Shown piece by piece: positions 33,479 to 47,687 of a stretch of DNA of 64,000 nt. Numbering within the stretch: the stretch's first letter is position 1; each line of letters opens with the position of its first letter. The stretch comes from Octopus vulgaris. Lineage: Eukaryota. The notes under the pieces were generated by a model that saw only the letters and a list, made by a program, of their open reading frames with translations, was not told the origin of the DNA and ran no database searches. Position numbers and translations under genes: made by a program. The stretch spans positions 26,722,001-26,786,000 of the forward strand of contig OX597822.1 in assembly GCA_951406725.2 (NCBI GenBank), read 5' to 3'.

Positions 33479-33616
33479 ATCATCATCATCATCGTTGTTG
33501 TTGTTGTTCAGGTCACTACTTGGAATCGAACTCAGAATCTTGGGGTTAGTAGCCTGCGCTCTTCACCACTATGTCATATGCCCACAAGCATATGGCGTAG
33601 TGGTTAAGAATGCAGG
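33226..33616 (-). mobile_element. Second copy of the tRNA-head/hammerhead-tail element, with an inverted duplication of the head
   Basis: Same architecture as 5372-5682; hammerhead motif at 33310-33352 (CTGAAGA..GAAAC); inverted arms at 33553-33581 and 33588-33616. Confidence 0.75.
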
Positions 33617-33920
33617 TATATTGGGCTTCGTATATGTGTACCCCAGCTTCACTTTGATGGCATGTGCTGTTCTCTCTCACTCATTAATAATAATAGTAAA
33701 GTATGGATGTGTGTATGGGTATCTCAATAACGAGATAAACACTTGGTTGAACTTTATTCTTGTGACCTACTTAAGTACTTCTGTTGTTTTTTATCATTCC
33801 TTATCTGAGAATCTTATTCAATATATATATAAAATTGAACTCATTGTCTTATAAGTATTTTGTTTGATTAATACTTAGCATTGGGGTGCAAAATTATTTT
33901 GCTGTTTAATATCTTCTTCT

Positions 33921-34147
33921 TTAACCCTTTACTTTTCATATTATTCTATCAAATGTAATGCTTATGTATTAACATTGTTTTCAGTTTATCGTCCTTATCT
34001 CTCAGCTTTGAGATTTTGATGATGTGGTTTTATATTTTCAGAATGACTTCATAGGATAGGTGTGAGAGGCCCAGTCTGGTCAATTTGAACATAAAACTCA
34101 TAGAGTATTTGAGCCAGATATGGCCTATTTGAATACTAGAGGGTTAA
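33921..34147. mobile_element. piggyBac-like MITE (other copies 52682-53306 and, inverted, 62169-62398)
   Basis: TTAA-CCCT...AGGG-TTAA termini; three homologous copies. Confidence 0.8.
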
Positions 34148-35094
34148 ACCAAACTTAGTTCATCATCATCATCATCGTTAATGTCTGCTTTCCATGCTAG
34201 CATGGGTTGAACGATTTGACTGAGGACTGGCAAACCAGATGGCTGCACCAGCCTCCAATCTGATCTGGCAGAGTTTCTACAGCTGGATGCCCTTCCTGAC
34301 ACCAACCACTCCAAGAGTGTAGTGGGTGCTTTTACATGCCACTGCCACGAGGGCCAGTCAGGCAATACTGGCAACGGTCACACTCAAATGGTGTTTTTTA
34401 CGTGCCATCTGCACAGGAGCCAGTCCAGCGGCACTGGCAACATCCTCGCTTGAATGTTTTTTCACATGCCACTGCCAGTAAGGCGACGCTGGTGACGATC
34501 ACGCTCGAATGGTGGTTTTTATGTGCCTGAAATTCTAAGAACAACCAATTTCCTTTTGTTGTTGATTTAAATTGTATCTAATTCACTGCTGTCTGATTTG
34601 TTTTTTTTTTTGTTTTATGGTTATTGAGCCATTGGTTGAAGAATGAAAGATTTGCATTGTCCCATGGGTGATGTGCAGTGTCTGTGGCCAAGACACTTAA
34701 CACTGTCTTGCTAGCTGAGATCATTGAGATGTAATAAGTTCCATATGAGTTACTATGATGTAGTTGTAGATCTGTGCTATGAACAGTTTGGCGTTTTTTG
34801 TGTATGTTCTTTTACTTGTTTCAGTCATTGGACTACAACCATGCTGAAGCACTACAATAAATGAGATTAGTCAAATAAATCAACCCTGGCATTTATGTTA
34901 TGTCTGTTAATTATTTTATTGTTGCTGAACTGCTAAATTATGAGGACATAAGCAAACTGATACTTTTTGTCAAGAGGTGAGGGAGACAAACACAAAGGTA
35001 TACACTTAGACACATACATGCACACCCATGCACCCGAGGTAACACACACACGCACACACACAGGTATATTTATTAATTTTTTAAAATATTTGAT

Positions 35095-35484
35095 TCAGTC
35101 ATTTGACTGTGGCCATGCTGGAACACCACCTTTAGTCAAACAAATTGACTCCAGGACTTATTCTTTTGTAAACCTAGTACTCATTCTATCGGTCTCTTTT
35201 GCTGAACCACTAAGTTACAGGGACGTAAACACAACACACCAACATCAGTTGTCAAGTGATGGTGGTGGTGGTGGTGGGGGTGCAAACACAGACACACAAA
35301 CATATACTTACATATATGTGTGATGAGCTTCTTTCAGTTTCTGCCTACCAAATCCACTCACAAGGCTTTGGTTGACCCGAGGCTATAGTAGAAGACACTT
35401 GACCAAGGTGCCTCGCAGTGGGACTGAACCCAGAACCATGTGGTTGGAAAGCAAGCTTCTTACCACACAGCCACTCCTGCGCCT
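35095..35484 (-). mobile_element. SINE family B
   Basis: Reverse-complement full copy. Confidence 0.88.
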
Positions 35485-37339
35485 ATATATGTACACATTC
35501 ACAATCACTGATACACCCATATGCACATGTTAAAAATCTAAAACTCAAGATAAAAACCAATCAGGTTTTTTTTTTCTTTAAAGGCTTAGTTGGAAGGAGC
35601 AGATGTCTGAGATTAGCAGAGAGGAAGTTGTGCTTAGGACTGAAGACCTGGCTTGATTGCTTGCAACAAACTGGTGATTGCTAAAGGCACCCAAATACCA
35701 TGTATCAGCATTAAGCTGGATCACAGATTCAGTTCTTTCTGTCTAAAACTCAGTTATTAAAGTACACATAATTGGATGAGGTACACATAAGTACACATAA
35801 TTGGATCAATCAATCAATTGGATCAAAGTACACATAATTGGATCAATCATAATGAAAAGTGAATTCCAGCGTCTTGTTAAGGACAGGGGTGATTTCAATA
35901 AATTCTGCCTAAAATTTTATCAAAGTCAGAATTAGTGGTTCGTTAGGGAACATTAGTCATCAGTGAAATTGATTTGTTTCAGATGTTGAAATTTTACAAA
36001 AATCCTATTCCAAAGCTAGCAGAGAATTATATAAATAGAAAATAAATGTAAGATAAACAACAGCAACAACTAAAAAAAAAAACAGGGAAGGGGTTCGTTT
36101 GTTTGGCTGTTTGCTGTTATTTATTTATTTTTTTTACCTTACAACCAAATCTTGTCATTACAATATTGAAATTAATTGAATAATTAATTATTTAATTAAT
36201 TAAGATAGTTTCTAGGAAACTTGTTGCTGTTGTTGGTGGTGGTGGTGGCAGCATAGGAGAAGGTGGTATTTATTATAGATTCATGTAAACTGAAAGTGGT
36301 TGTTATATAAGAAAAACAGAGGAAGAAAGAAATGTTAATTGGAGTGGGTGGGGTGTGAATAAGGTAGTGATTGTATTAGTCGGTGGGTGGGGATACAAAG
36401 AGGAGGGAAGAAGTAGATGAATATCAGGGAGGAGTTATACAGCATTTTATAAAATCACACATTTTTCTTCTTTAAAACGTGTATTAGAAGTTGATGCTCC
36501 CCCCACCTCCACCATTCACTCATTGTGTCTCAAATAATACATAGTTTATGTGAACACTTGTTGGGAGCTTTTGGTGAAAAATATTCTACTAAGACTAATT
36601 ATAATGTCCCCTGTGGAATACATATGTGTCTTGTTACAGAGATGTAGGCTCCGAGAAAGTTAATTTCATGTTGAATATTTTGGAGTAGTTTCCCCTTAAA
36701 AGATAGTTTTTTTTTTCTTATCTAGTTACATATAATAATGTGTTTTTTGGGACATTTTGCTCACTCTGGATAGTTGTGTATCTAACCTCACATTGTGCAT
36801 AAGAAATTAATTATTTAAGTGTGTTCTTGTGTTGCCATAGTTTTAACAATTTTATATATATGTATGTTTGTGGAGCACTAAGTCTAATTGCAAGATACCC
36901 TGTTGTGTATGTGTGTGTGAGAAAACATGAGATGAAGTACTGAAAAATGACCTCTGGAAGCTGAACCTTTCAGGCAAGATGACAAAAGACCAGGATACCT
37001 GGCGCCTGGCCGTACTCAAGAAGATCCATACCCCACAACAGAAGTGTTAAGACCGATCCTGTTGGTGGTGTAAAGCACTCATGGTAATGCCACGTAAACC
37101 GTCCATGCAGTGCCATATAAAAAGACCTGTGTATTACCATGTAAAATCACCCAACCCACTCTGTAAAGTGGTTGGTGTTAGGAAGGGCATCCAGCTCTAG
37201 AAACTATGCTGGAGTCTGATGCAGCTTGCCAGCTCTGGTCAAACCATCCAACCCATGGACAATAGACATTAAATGATGATGATGATTCTACTGTCCATTT
37301 TTCTTTGCTTACCACCTGCATTGCTCAAATAATTATTAT

Positions 37340-37620
37340 AACCTTAACATCAGATTCACAATTCCTCATAGCTGGGGCCATGTGTCATACACTCCCTACA
37401 AAATTGAGGCTTGCATCACATTCACTGAAACATAGTATCTTTTCTGCAACAGGCCCTGTGCTATTTAACATCAACCCAAGACAAATCAAAGGAGAATAAG
37501 GTCCCATCACCTTCAAATGAAATCTGAACAAATTTCTTCAAGTGTTACCAGATACTTGGATACATTTCAGTCAACAGCATCTCCCAACTTGAATGACCTA
37601 TTATACCACAAAACTTGTCT
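37340..37620 (+). mobile_element. Degraded CR1/L2-like LINE 3' end
   Basis: Translates FSATGPVLFNINPRQIK..FK*NLNKFLQVLPD. Confidence 0.6.
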
Positions 37621-38537
37621 TTAAAATGACTTAATAGGCCCTATTAAGTTAGGCATGACATGGTCAAGACTTTGGCCAAAACATATCTAAATTATCTAAG
37701 TTATATGGGTCAGAATTTGTTGAGGCAGATTTTCTACTGCTGGATGTCCTTTCTGTCTCCAATCCTCATCTATTTCCAAGCATGGCAATATTTTCTCAGG
37801 TTAGGACATATCTTCAACTTATTTGTAATTATTGCACAATGTCAGTGCAAGGAGACACAAACAAACACACACACACACACACATTCATATGTATATATTC
37901 AATGAGCTTCTTTCAGTTTCCATCTCACAAGGTTTGGTTGTCCTAGTGCTATATTAGAAGACAATTGCCTATGGTGACACATAGTGGGCTTGAACCAAAC
38001 ACCATGTGGTTGCACAATGGCACCACATAATTACAAAGCAAACTTCTTAACCACATAGTTACCAAGTTAGTGTGGAATGAATTTTTTCACTACACAATTT
38101 TGCCTCTGACCGAAGCAGTTGCAGAAGAGAGAAATTATTTAACGAGGACAAATTATAGATAAACAAATTTAAATAAAACTATATTGATATAGCGGCAGAG
38201 TGGAAAAGATTACTTTTAACTATTAACTTCATTGCTGTGTTTCACGTTATTTCTTTTAATTAGTGTTATGGTATTGATACTCTTTTAAATGGTTTCAGTT
38301 ATTGGACTGTAGCCAAGCTGGGGCAATACATTCAAGGGTTTAGTCGATGATATTGACCTCAGTACTTATTTGACACACGTAATGATTTTATAGATCTCTA
38401 ATTATTGAATCATTGTTATGCTTTTAACATCAGATCAGTTTATGATAGACATAAACATAGACAGATATATATATACACATATATAATTTTTAATAATAAT
38501 TAGATATTCTTAATAACTATATTTATATACATGACAT

Positions 38538-39375
38538 CGGATGTAGCATGCAAGAGAGACGTTTGCGCTGGTATGGTCATGTACTTACACGGCAGAGTGT
38601 AAGTGCCCTGAGAGAAATGCTGGACATAAGAAGCATTGGATGTGGCATGCAAGAGAGACGTCTGCGCTGGTATGGTCATGTACTACGGATGGAATTGAAG
38701 AAGTGCCACTCCCAAACAGCTGAAGGAATCCGGGGTAGAGGATACCCAGGAAGACATGGGATGAGGTAGTCAAGCATGACCTTTAAACATTGGGCCTCAC
38801 AGAGGCAGTGATGAAAGACCGAGACCTCTGGAGATATTCTGTGACTGTGAAGACCCAACAAATAACATGAGTTCATGGCTGTTACCTGCACCAGCTTCAC
38901 ATAGCTGCCCCAGCCCTTCCAAAGTACCTTGGATCGCAGGATGGCCTGCTGTGCTTACCTTGGATCGTAGGGTGACCTGCTGTGCTTGAGGAGACCTATT
39001 GAGTCAAGTACATCAACATCAAAATAAAAATCAAATGGAAATTGTAGTTGTGATACCTGTGCCAGTGGCATGTAAAAAGCACCATCTGAACGTGGCCAAT
39101 GCCAGCGCCCCCCTTGACTGGCTTCTGTGCTGGTGGCACGTTAAAAGTACCAACCGATTGTGGCTGTTTCCAGCCTCCCCTGGCACCTGTGCCGGTGGCA
39201 TGTAAAAAGCACCCACTACACTCATGGAATGGTTGGCATTAGGAAGAGCATTCAACTGTAGAAACACTGCCAGATCAGACTAAAGCCTGGTGCAGCCTCC
39301 TGGCTTCCCAGACCCCGGTTAAACCGTCCAACCTATGCCAACATGAGAAACGGACATTAAACGATGATGATGATA
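38538..39375 (+). mobile_element. 5'-truncated RTE-clade LINE (ORF C-terminus, 3' UTR, (GAT)n tail)
   Basis: Encodes QERRLRWYGHVLR..RGRG.P..TWDEV; 3' UTR with repeated gtgccggtggcatgtaaaaagcacc; (GAT)n tail. Confidence 0.88.
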
Positions 39376-39693
39376 ACGTTAAATCAAATATTTTGAAGTC
39401 ACACTCAAACTTTTGTAATGTAATCAGAAATAGACTCAGTGTGACATAGTGCATTCAAAGTTTGGCCTTTTGTATTACAGGTATGGACTGTAAGCAAGCT
39501 GACACAGTACCTTCAAAGTTTTAGTCAATGACTATTGACTTCAATTTTTATTACGCTTAGACTCTGATTTTATAACTCTCTCATTATTTGAACTATTAAG
39601 TTATGTTTTTAACACCAGATCCATTTATAACAGTAAATATAAACACAGACGTAAACGCAGACAGAAATGCACATATATATTATATTTAATAGT

Positions 39694-39926
39694 AAGGTAG
39701 TGAGCTGCCTGAAACGTTAGCACGCCGGGCGAAATGCTCAGCAGTATTTCATCTGTTGCTACGTTCTGACTTCAAATTCCGCCGAGGTCGACTTTGCCTT
39801 TCTTCCTTTCGGGGTCGATAAATTAAGTACCAGTTATGTACTAGAGTCGATGAAATCGACTTAATCCCTTTGTCTGTCCTTGTTTGTCCCCTTTATGTTT
39901 AGCCCCTTGTGGTCAATAAAGAAATA
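39694..39926 (+). mobile_element. SINE family A
   Basis: Full copy; TSD tattatatttaatagtaa. Confidence 0.9.
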
Positions 39927-40519
39927 ATATTATATTTAATAGTAATTATATATTCCTAAGACTATGTATATGCATGATGTAAAATTAATTGTTTTGAAGT
40001 CACAATCAAACTTATTTAATGTATTCTAAAACAGAATTACTGTGACGCAGTGTGTTAAAGGTTAGTGATTTGAATTGCTGGTACAATCCATTTGACAGTC
40101 TTTCACATAATTTCTGTCAACCCATTTTCATCTGCACCTGAGTCTGTGGTGGAAGATAGCTGCACAAAGGTGCTATGGTACAGAAGCATTGAACTGGGCC
40201 ACTTGTGATTGTGAAGCAAATTCCTTAGTCATTCAGCTATGCTCGCACTCACGTATACTTGCAAGTACACAAACACACACATACATCACAAGCACACACA
40301 TGCGTGTGCACACACATACACACACACACACACACACATGTATATGCTATTTGCATATACATACACTCATGTTAAGTATTAGGTTTGTTTAAATTTTCTG
40401 TGAGAGAACATTATTTCTTAGTGGTAGACATTCTTGCTCTGTGTATGTCTATATAAATGCAGTAAAGGTATGTATTTATGTATGAATGTGTAGTCTATAT
40501 ATTTCTATTTATATATATT

Positions 40520-40564
<45 letters not shown>

Positions 40565-40614
40565 CTGTATATAATATATATATATATATATATATTTATG
40601 CATATACATATATA

Positions 40615-40652
40615 TCTATATCTACCTACCTACCTATCTATCTATCTATCTA

Positions 40653-40719
<67 letters not shown>

Positions 40720-40737
40720 ATCTATCTATCTATCTAC
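40615..40737. repeat. (TCTA)n(TCTG)n tetranucleotide microsatellite
   Basis: Read directly from the sequence. Confidence 0.95.
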
Positions 40738-41231
40738 CTTTCTAACTACACTCACACATAGACCTATCTATCCGTAAACTTATATCAATGTATATCTTCT
40801 ACAGATATTAGAAGGAGTAGTAAATAAAAACATCATCTGAATCCCTCAGTAATACGCTCAAGAATCTTTGTTCAGAACTGCAAATGCTTTATGGCATTAT
40901 CTAATGAAAGATAAATCTCTCCCGTGATATTATAGGCAAAGCATTGCAAGTATCACCCCAAGCAATCTCTTATACATTTACAACAGCTTTATTACCTGAA
41001 GCACATTAATTTATGGTGTCTTGCTGAAATATGCTGCCAAATGTTAGCAACCAGAATTGAACTTAGCGTCTGTGAGATGATAATTCAATACCTTTATTCA
41101 CCTGGCCATTTCAACTCTTTGATGTGAACTTAGTTTGTTCAGATTTCAGTATGCGTTAATTACTCTATGCATTCCACAATTTCCAGTTCTCTTTATATCT
41201 GCTATTCTAGATTATCTATTTTCAGGTCAGC

Positions 41232-41611
41232 TTTATTACCTCTGTCTTAGCAAAGGTAGCAGTATTGTTTTCAGTCGTGTTTGTTTGTTTGTCTGTGGAC
41301 AAGATATCTCAAGAACCTATGGATGGATTTGGATGAAACTTTCAGGGATGTTTTTCCTCATGACTGGCACAAACTGATTAGATTTTGGGAATGATCTGGT
41401 ACCTGGCAAGGATTCAGGATTTTTTTCCATTTTTTTTTTTTTTGTTACTTAATTTTTGAGAGCAGTCAGATTCGTTTTTAGCATTCTCGTTTGTGAGAAC
41501 AGTCAAGTTTATTTCAGATATTCTCATTCTAAAAAATCATCTCTGGCTAATCATTGAGACGATGTTGGTGTTGCCTTGGCCAGAGCTTTGCACTCTCTGA
41601 GTGCTCTTGTT
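41232..41611 (+). mobile_element. Helentron-associated (HINE/DINE-1-like) non-autonomous element
   Basis: ttattacctctg start, short GTTT/GTCT microsatellite, ggatttggatgaaactt core, 3' hairpin GCACTC-tct-GAGTGC (41590-41604), T-rich flanks. Confidence 0.6.
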
Positions 41612-42243
41612 TTTGAATGGTTCTCATTGTTGTTTAGTTCTGAGTCAACTCTGATCAAGCAAATCTAATGATCGAATTTATTCCAGCCATGGCTGTCTCA
41701 TCTTATTTTCAGCCATAATATCTAGAGTATACTATATTTGAGACTGCAGTGTGTGATTTCAAAGGGCATTTGGCTGTTATTTCTAGTAGGTTAAGATATG
41801 GTATTGTCATATAAAGTCTCTCTTGTTGGCTCAGTTTATGCATTGTCATTTTAGAAAAGTTATTATCTATTAAAGCATTTATAATGTAAGTTTAGTATAA
41901 AAGGACCTTAACCTCAAAAGGTGAAGTAACAGTTAATGTAGTCAAGCAAGCTGCAATAAAGAAAATATATGAGTATGTGCGTGTGTGTGTGTGTAAATAT
42001 AACTACATACACACACTCACACATGCATGCATATATACATAATAACACACTAGCATGTGTACATATATGCATTATTTCACTCACACATACATGCACATAC
42101 ACACACCACTCACAGATGAGGAAACTATAGACAGATAGAATGAAACTGAGCAATAATCCATTTTGTGTGTGTGTGTGTGTGTGTATGTAGGTATTTATCT
42201 GTGTCTGTATGAACACACACACTTGCACACATAGACACACACT

Positions 42244-42275
<32 letters not shown>

Positions 42276-42665
42276 TGCAAAGTGGCTGAGTTCCTTTCAA
42301 GCGTGGGGTCTCAAGGAGGCAAAGTGGCTGAGTTTCTTTCGAATGTTGGGCCTCGTGGAAGCAACGACCGAGACTTTTGGCATTATGTCATGCTTGAGAT
42401 GAAGACTCATCAAGCTGAGCAAAATCGCAGTCATGGCAAATACTGGTGTCACGCAAATGGCACCTGTGCCGATGGTGCGTAAAAGCACCCATTACACTCT
42501 CAGAGTGGTTGGTATTATGAAGGGTATCCAGCCATAGAAAACCATGCCAAATTAGACTGGAGTCTGGTGCAGCCTTCCAGGTTGCCAGGCCTGGTCAAAC
42601 CGTCCAACCCATGTCAACATGGACAATAGATGTTAAATGATGATACATACATACATACATACATA

Positions 42666-42709
<44 letters not shown>

Positions 42710-45700
42710 TAAAATTAATCAAAGGACATATTTGCATATATATATATATATACATACATACACTCACATAAACATTCATACAAACACACACACCACATCA
42801 CACTCAGAGACAAGCACATTTCAAAAGTTTAATTGTTACTTCAAACTATTGAATTTTATATCATGCATGTATATATGTAGCCATTAAGAATATCTAATTA
42901 TTATTAAATATAATATATAAATGTGTGCATCCAACTATATTTATGTCTGTGTTTATATTTACTGTTGTAAATTGGCCTGACGTTAAAACCATAACTTAAC
43001 AGTTCAATAATTAGAGATCTATAAAATCACTACCTGTCTGAAATAAATACTGAGGTCAATATCCATTGACTGACACCTTTGAAGGCACCGCCTCAGCTTG
43101 GCTACAGTCCAATAACTGAAAACATTTAAAAGACCATCAATGCGATAATATTTATTAAAAGAAATAAAGCAAAACACAAACAATGAAGTTGGTAGTTAAA
43201 AATAATCATTCCCACACTTCCACCGAATCAATAAAGTTTTAATTTTGTTCATTCATTTGTAAGTTATCCTCATTATATAATTTCTTTACTTTTTTTAACT
43301 GCTTTGGTTGTAGGTGAAATTGTGTGTGGTTAAGGACTTTGATTCATCGAAAAAAAAAAATGAATGAAAAAATTAAATGGTACTATTGTGCAACCACCTG
43401 ATTTCAGGTTCAATCCCACTGTAGTGTTGCTACTTGGGCAAGTGTCTTCTCCTATAGTTTTGGGACACCAATGTTTTGTAAGTGAATTTGGTAGACAGAA
43501 ACTGTGTGGAAGCCTGTTGTGTATGTGTATATATATATATATGTGTGTGTGTGTATTTTGTGTGTGAGTGAAGACATGTGGCTTACTGGTTAGGGTATTT
43601 ACCTTGTGATCGTAAGGTCGTGAGTTCAATTCCTGGCAATGTGTTGTGTCCTTGAGCAAGACACTTTATTTCATATTGCTCCAGTTCACTCAGCTGGCAA
43701 AAGTGAGTAGTGCCTGTATTTCATTTTAAAGGGCCAGCCTTGTCACATTCTGTGTCACACTGAATCTCCCTAGAACTATGTCAAGGTTTCACATGTCTGT
43801 GGAGTACTCTGCCACTTGCACATTAATTTCACGAGCAGGTTGTTCCATTGATTGGATCAACTGGAACCCTTGTCGCTGTAATAGATGGAGTCATAGCTTA
43901 TGTGTGTGTGTATGTATCTTTGAGTCTGTGCTTGTCTCCACCTCATTGACACACACACACACTTGGCTACTGGTGTTGGTTTATTTATGTCACCATAACT
44001 TGGCAGTTTAGCAAAAGAGACTGATAGAATAAATGCCAGACTTTAAAAGTAAGTACTAGGGTTGATCTGCTTAGCTAAAACCCTTCAAAATGGTACCCCA
44101 CCTTAGCTGCAGTTCAGTGACTAAAGCAAGTAAAAGATAAAAAAGAATCCAGAAGTTTGTGAGTGAAATTTGGTTGACGAAAATTTGTATGGAACCCCAT
44201 TGAAGGAACTATATCTGTCTTTCAAGTGTTGGACTTAACCTGTTGCTTGGTTTGACCCTGGTATGACTTCCGGTCCCTGTGTAACTTTAGTAGGGTCTAC
44301 CCTGTTGCAAGCATTCAGGCCAGTCCTCTTGTCTATGCCTACCTTCATTCTATCCTTCTACCAGCCTTAGAAGTCCCTAGCATTGTCAGCAGCACTGTCT
44401 GTCCTCATTGTTGACTTATCTAACAAAATCACCTTGAACGCCCTAACCGACCAGTCCGTCAGGCGTCCATTTGACACTGCTGGTTACAGCATGCTCTCCA
44501 CTTCTCTCTGGATCGCACCTTTCTCATCCATGTGATCCCAATCACCCTCCTGAAATCATAACTCCACCATCGTGGAGGCCTTCCAAGTGGCTGTTTCTGC
44601 TCGCGCGGGTATCACTCGACAACTGCGCGGTCCACTGATTATCTAACAAAATAAAAATTAAAAAACAATACTGGTATGAACCTAACTCCTCTCCTTGGTA
44701 TTTTCATCCTCTCTTTTTTATTACCTCTTTGTGTGTGTGCGTGTGTGTGGGGTTCTTGAATGACTTCTATTTTAGCTTTGGTTCATGGTTGACTGTCTAA
44801 CGACAAAAAGAGCATTGAAATGTAAAAATAATTTTCTATGTTAATAATGCGGTCATCCAAATTTACAAACAAGAAAAAAAATATATGAAACAGAAGAGGA
44901 AGAAGTGCAAAGCTAACATCAAGAACAATCAGACAAACAAACAAACACATTTTCCAGTTATGTCAGTTTGCATGGCTATGAAAAGCAGCATCAACATCAA
45001 TACTTTTCTAACAATTAGCACTTAAGAAATTAAGTGATCACCAATCTAAATATAATATTGATTTCATTTCTGACAGAACACAATACCAGCATTTGAATCG
45101 ATCTGAGCTCACACATTTGTTTTATTAACCCTGAAAGGACAGGGCAGTTAAAAATCGATTTTTGCTGGATTTGAACTCAGATTGTTGGGGATTGAAATGA
45201 AATACATTAATGTAATTAGGCCCAGTACTCTATGATTTTTGCACTCAATTCCAGAACATAATATGGTACACCTTTTATTTCTTTGATTTTGTGTGTGTGT
45301 TGGTGGAGGAAGAAGTCTGCTGAAAGGGACTTTGTGCATTGAGACCAATGAAGTCCATATCTTTTATCTTTTACTTGTTTTAGTCATTGGACCACAGCCA
45401 TGCTGGAGCACCTCTTTGAAGGATTTAGTTGAACACACCGACCCCAGTACTTTTTTTATTTTCAAGTTTTATTCTGCTTATTCTATTGGTCTCTTTTGCC
45501 AAACTGCTATGTTCCGAAAATGTAAACAAACCAACATGGGTTGTCAAGTAGTAGTGGTCATCAACAAACATGCACAGGCACACACACTCATGCATGCACA
45601 CACACACATATATATACATACATGCACAGACATTTAGGCAGAATAGTTGGTGGCGGTTCATTTTCCATGGGTTTGCAAACGAGATTTGATTTCTTAACCA

Positions 45701-46975
45701 CACAACCATACCTGCACCTCTTTCAATAATGAGTGAGTGTGTGTATGTATGTATGTATATATGTTGTGTGTGCATTGGTGGCTGTGTGTTTGTGTGTGCA
45801 TTGGTGGCTGTGTGTTTGTGTGTGCATTGGTGGCTGTGTGTTTGTGTGTCTAGATGTATGTGTGCAATATGAATAAAGTTGTAAAGACAGTATAGTTTAC
45901 CTAAGTTTAATCTGGCGAACTATCAAAATCCCACTTGTAAAAATATTGCTTATATAGCATCCTGTACGAGAATGGTAGTAAAGAATAACATAAAATAGCA
46001 GGAGCTCAGTGGGAAAGAAGGTGAGGATCAGAATGGCATGAAATTAGACAGCTCATAACTAAATTATAATGACACTGAACATACACGATAAAATACTGAA
46101 TATATACCTTGAAATATAATAAAATAGATTAATATAACAGGTGTGTAAACATATATGCAAAGATATATATATAAATTATGTGACAAATTGTTTGAAAATA
46201 CTATGTGAAAGTAATAGGAACATACTCTTCCGGATTTTGCTGGAAACTGTTGATGAAGTGTCAGTCATCAGAATTAGATATGAATGTTAGACATATAATC
46301 ATCATCATTGTTTTAATGTTTGTTTTTTTATACTTAAAAGTGAAATCTTAGTCATGGCCAATTCTGTGTCGCATATCTGGCACCTGTGCAGGTGGCATGT
46401 AAAAAGCACCCTTCAAACCTTAGGCCTCATGGAGACAGTGACAAGTGACCGAGACCTACAGCAATATACCATGGTTGAGAAGACCTCTCAAGCCAAGTGA
46501 GATTGTAGTTATGGTTGATGCTGGTGTTTTGTAACTGGCACCTGTGCTGGTGGCACATAAAAAGCACCCGCTACACTCTCGGAGTGGTTGGCATTAGGAA
46601 GGGCATCCAGCTGTAGAAACCATGCCAAATCAAACTGGAATCTGGTGCAGCTCCCAAGCATACCAGTTTTCAGTCAAACTGTCCAACTCATGCTAGCATG
46701 GAAAATGGATGTTAAATGATGATGATGATGGATGTATGTATGTATGTATCAGATGATAGTACATTGGGGCAGTTTCTTTGGTTGGATGTGCTTCCTCATG
46801 CCAAACTTCATTTGTCTGCAAGTGAGATTATAATTTCCTTATCTATCAGACAACAAACAGCCTGTGATGTTGGTTACATGGAGAGATGGCAGTTAATGAT
46901 AGCCTTTTGTTTACAGTCAGTGAAAACACACAAAGATAACAGAAAATGTGAATTCAATAACACAAATACACACAT

Positions 46976-47026
<51 letters not shown>

Positions 47027-47454
47027 TGCACACAACATATATGATAGGGTTCTTTCAGTTTCTGTGTACCAAATCCACTCACAATTCTTTGGTCAGCCTG
47101 GGACTGTAGTAGAAGAGTAGCACTGTATTCCCAAGGTGACATGCAGTGAGACTGAACCCAAAACCACGTGGCTGTGATGCAAACCTGTTAACCACACAGC
47201 CATTTCTGCATCCACACACACACTGACCAACAGTCATACTATAATTGACCCTTGTTTATTTAGCCTGAAACTAGCTATGCAAGGACATTTCATTTATTAA
47301 TAATCCTCTCCATTATAGGCACAAAACTGAAATTTTAGGGGTGCATTTAAGTTGATTACATCAACCCCAGTACTTGACTAATACTTATTTTATCGACTCC
47401 GAAAGAATCAAAGGCAAAGTTGACCTTGAACTCAATGTAAAGATGATAAAATGC

Positions 47455-47687
47455 TTATTTCTTTACTACCCACAAGGGGCTAAACACGGAGAGGACAAAC
47501 AAGGACAGACAAACGTATTAAGTTGATTATATCGACCCCAGTGCATAACTGGTACTTATTCAATCGACCCCGAAAGAATGAAAAGCAAAGTTGACCTCGG
47601 CGGAATTTGAACTCAGAATGTAGTGGCAGATGAAATACCACTAAGCATTCTGCCCGTTCTGCTAACGATTCTTCCAGCTCACCGCCA
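47455..47687 (-). mobile_element. SINE family A
   Basis: Reverse-complement full copy. Confidence 0.9.

Noticed and set aside
45901-45961. Possible minus-strand 61-nt exon (cag|...|gtaaac)
   Set aside because: Splice-like signals only; no recognisable peptide or partner exons
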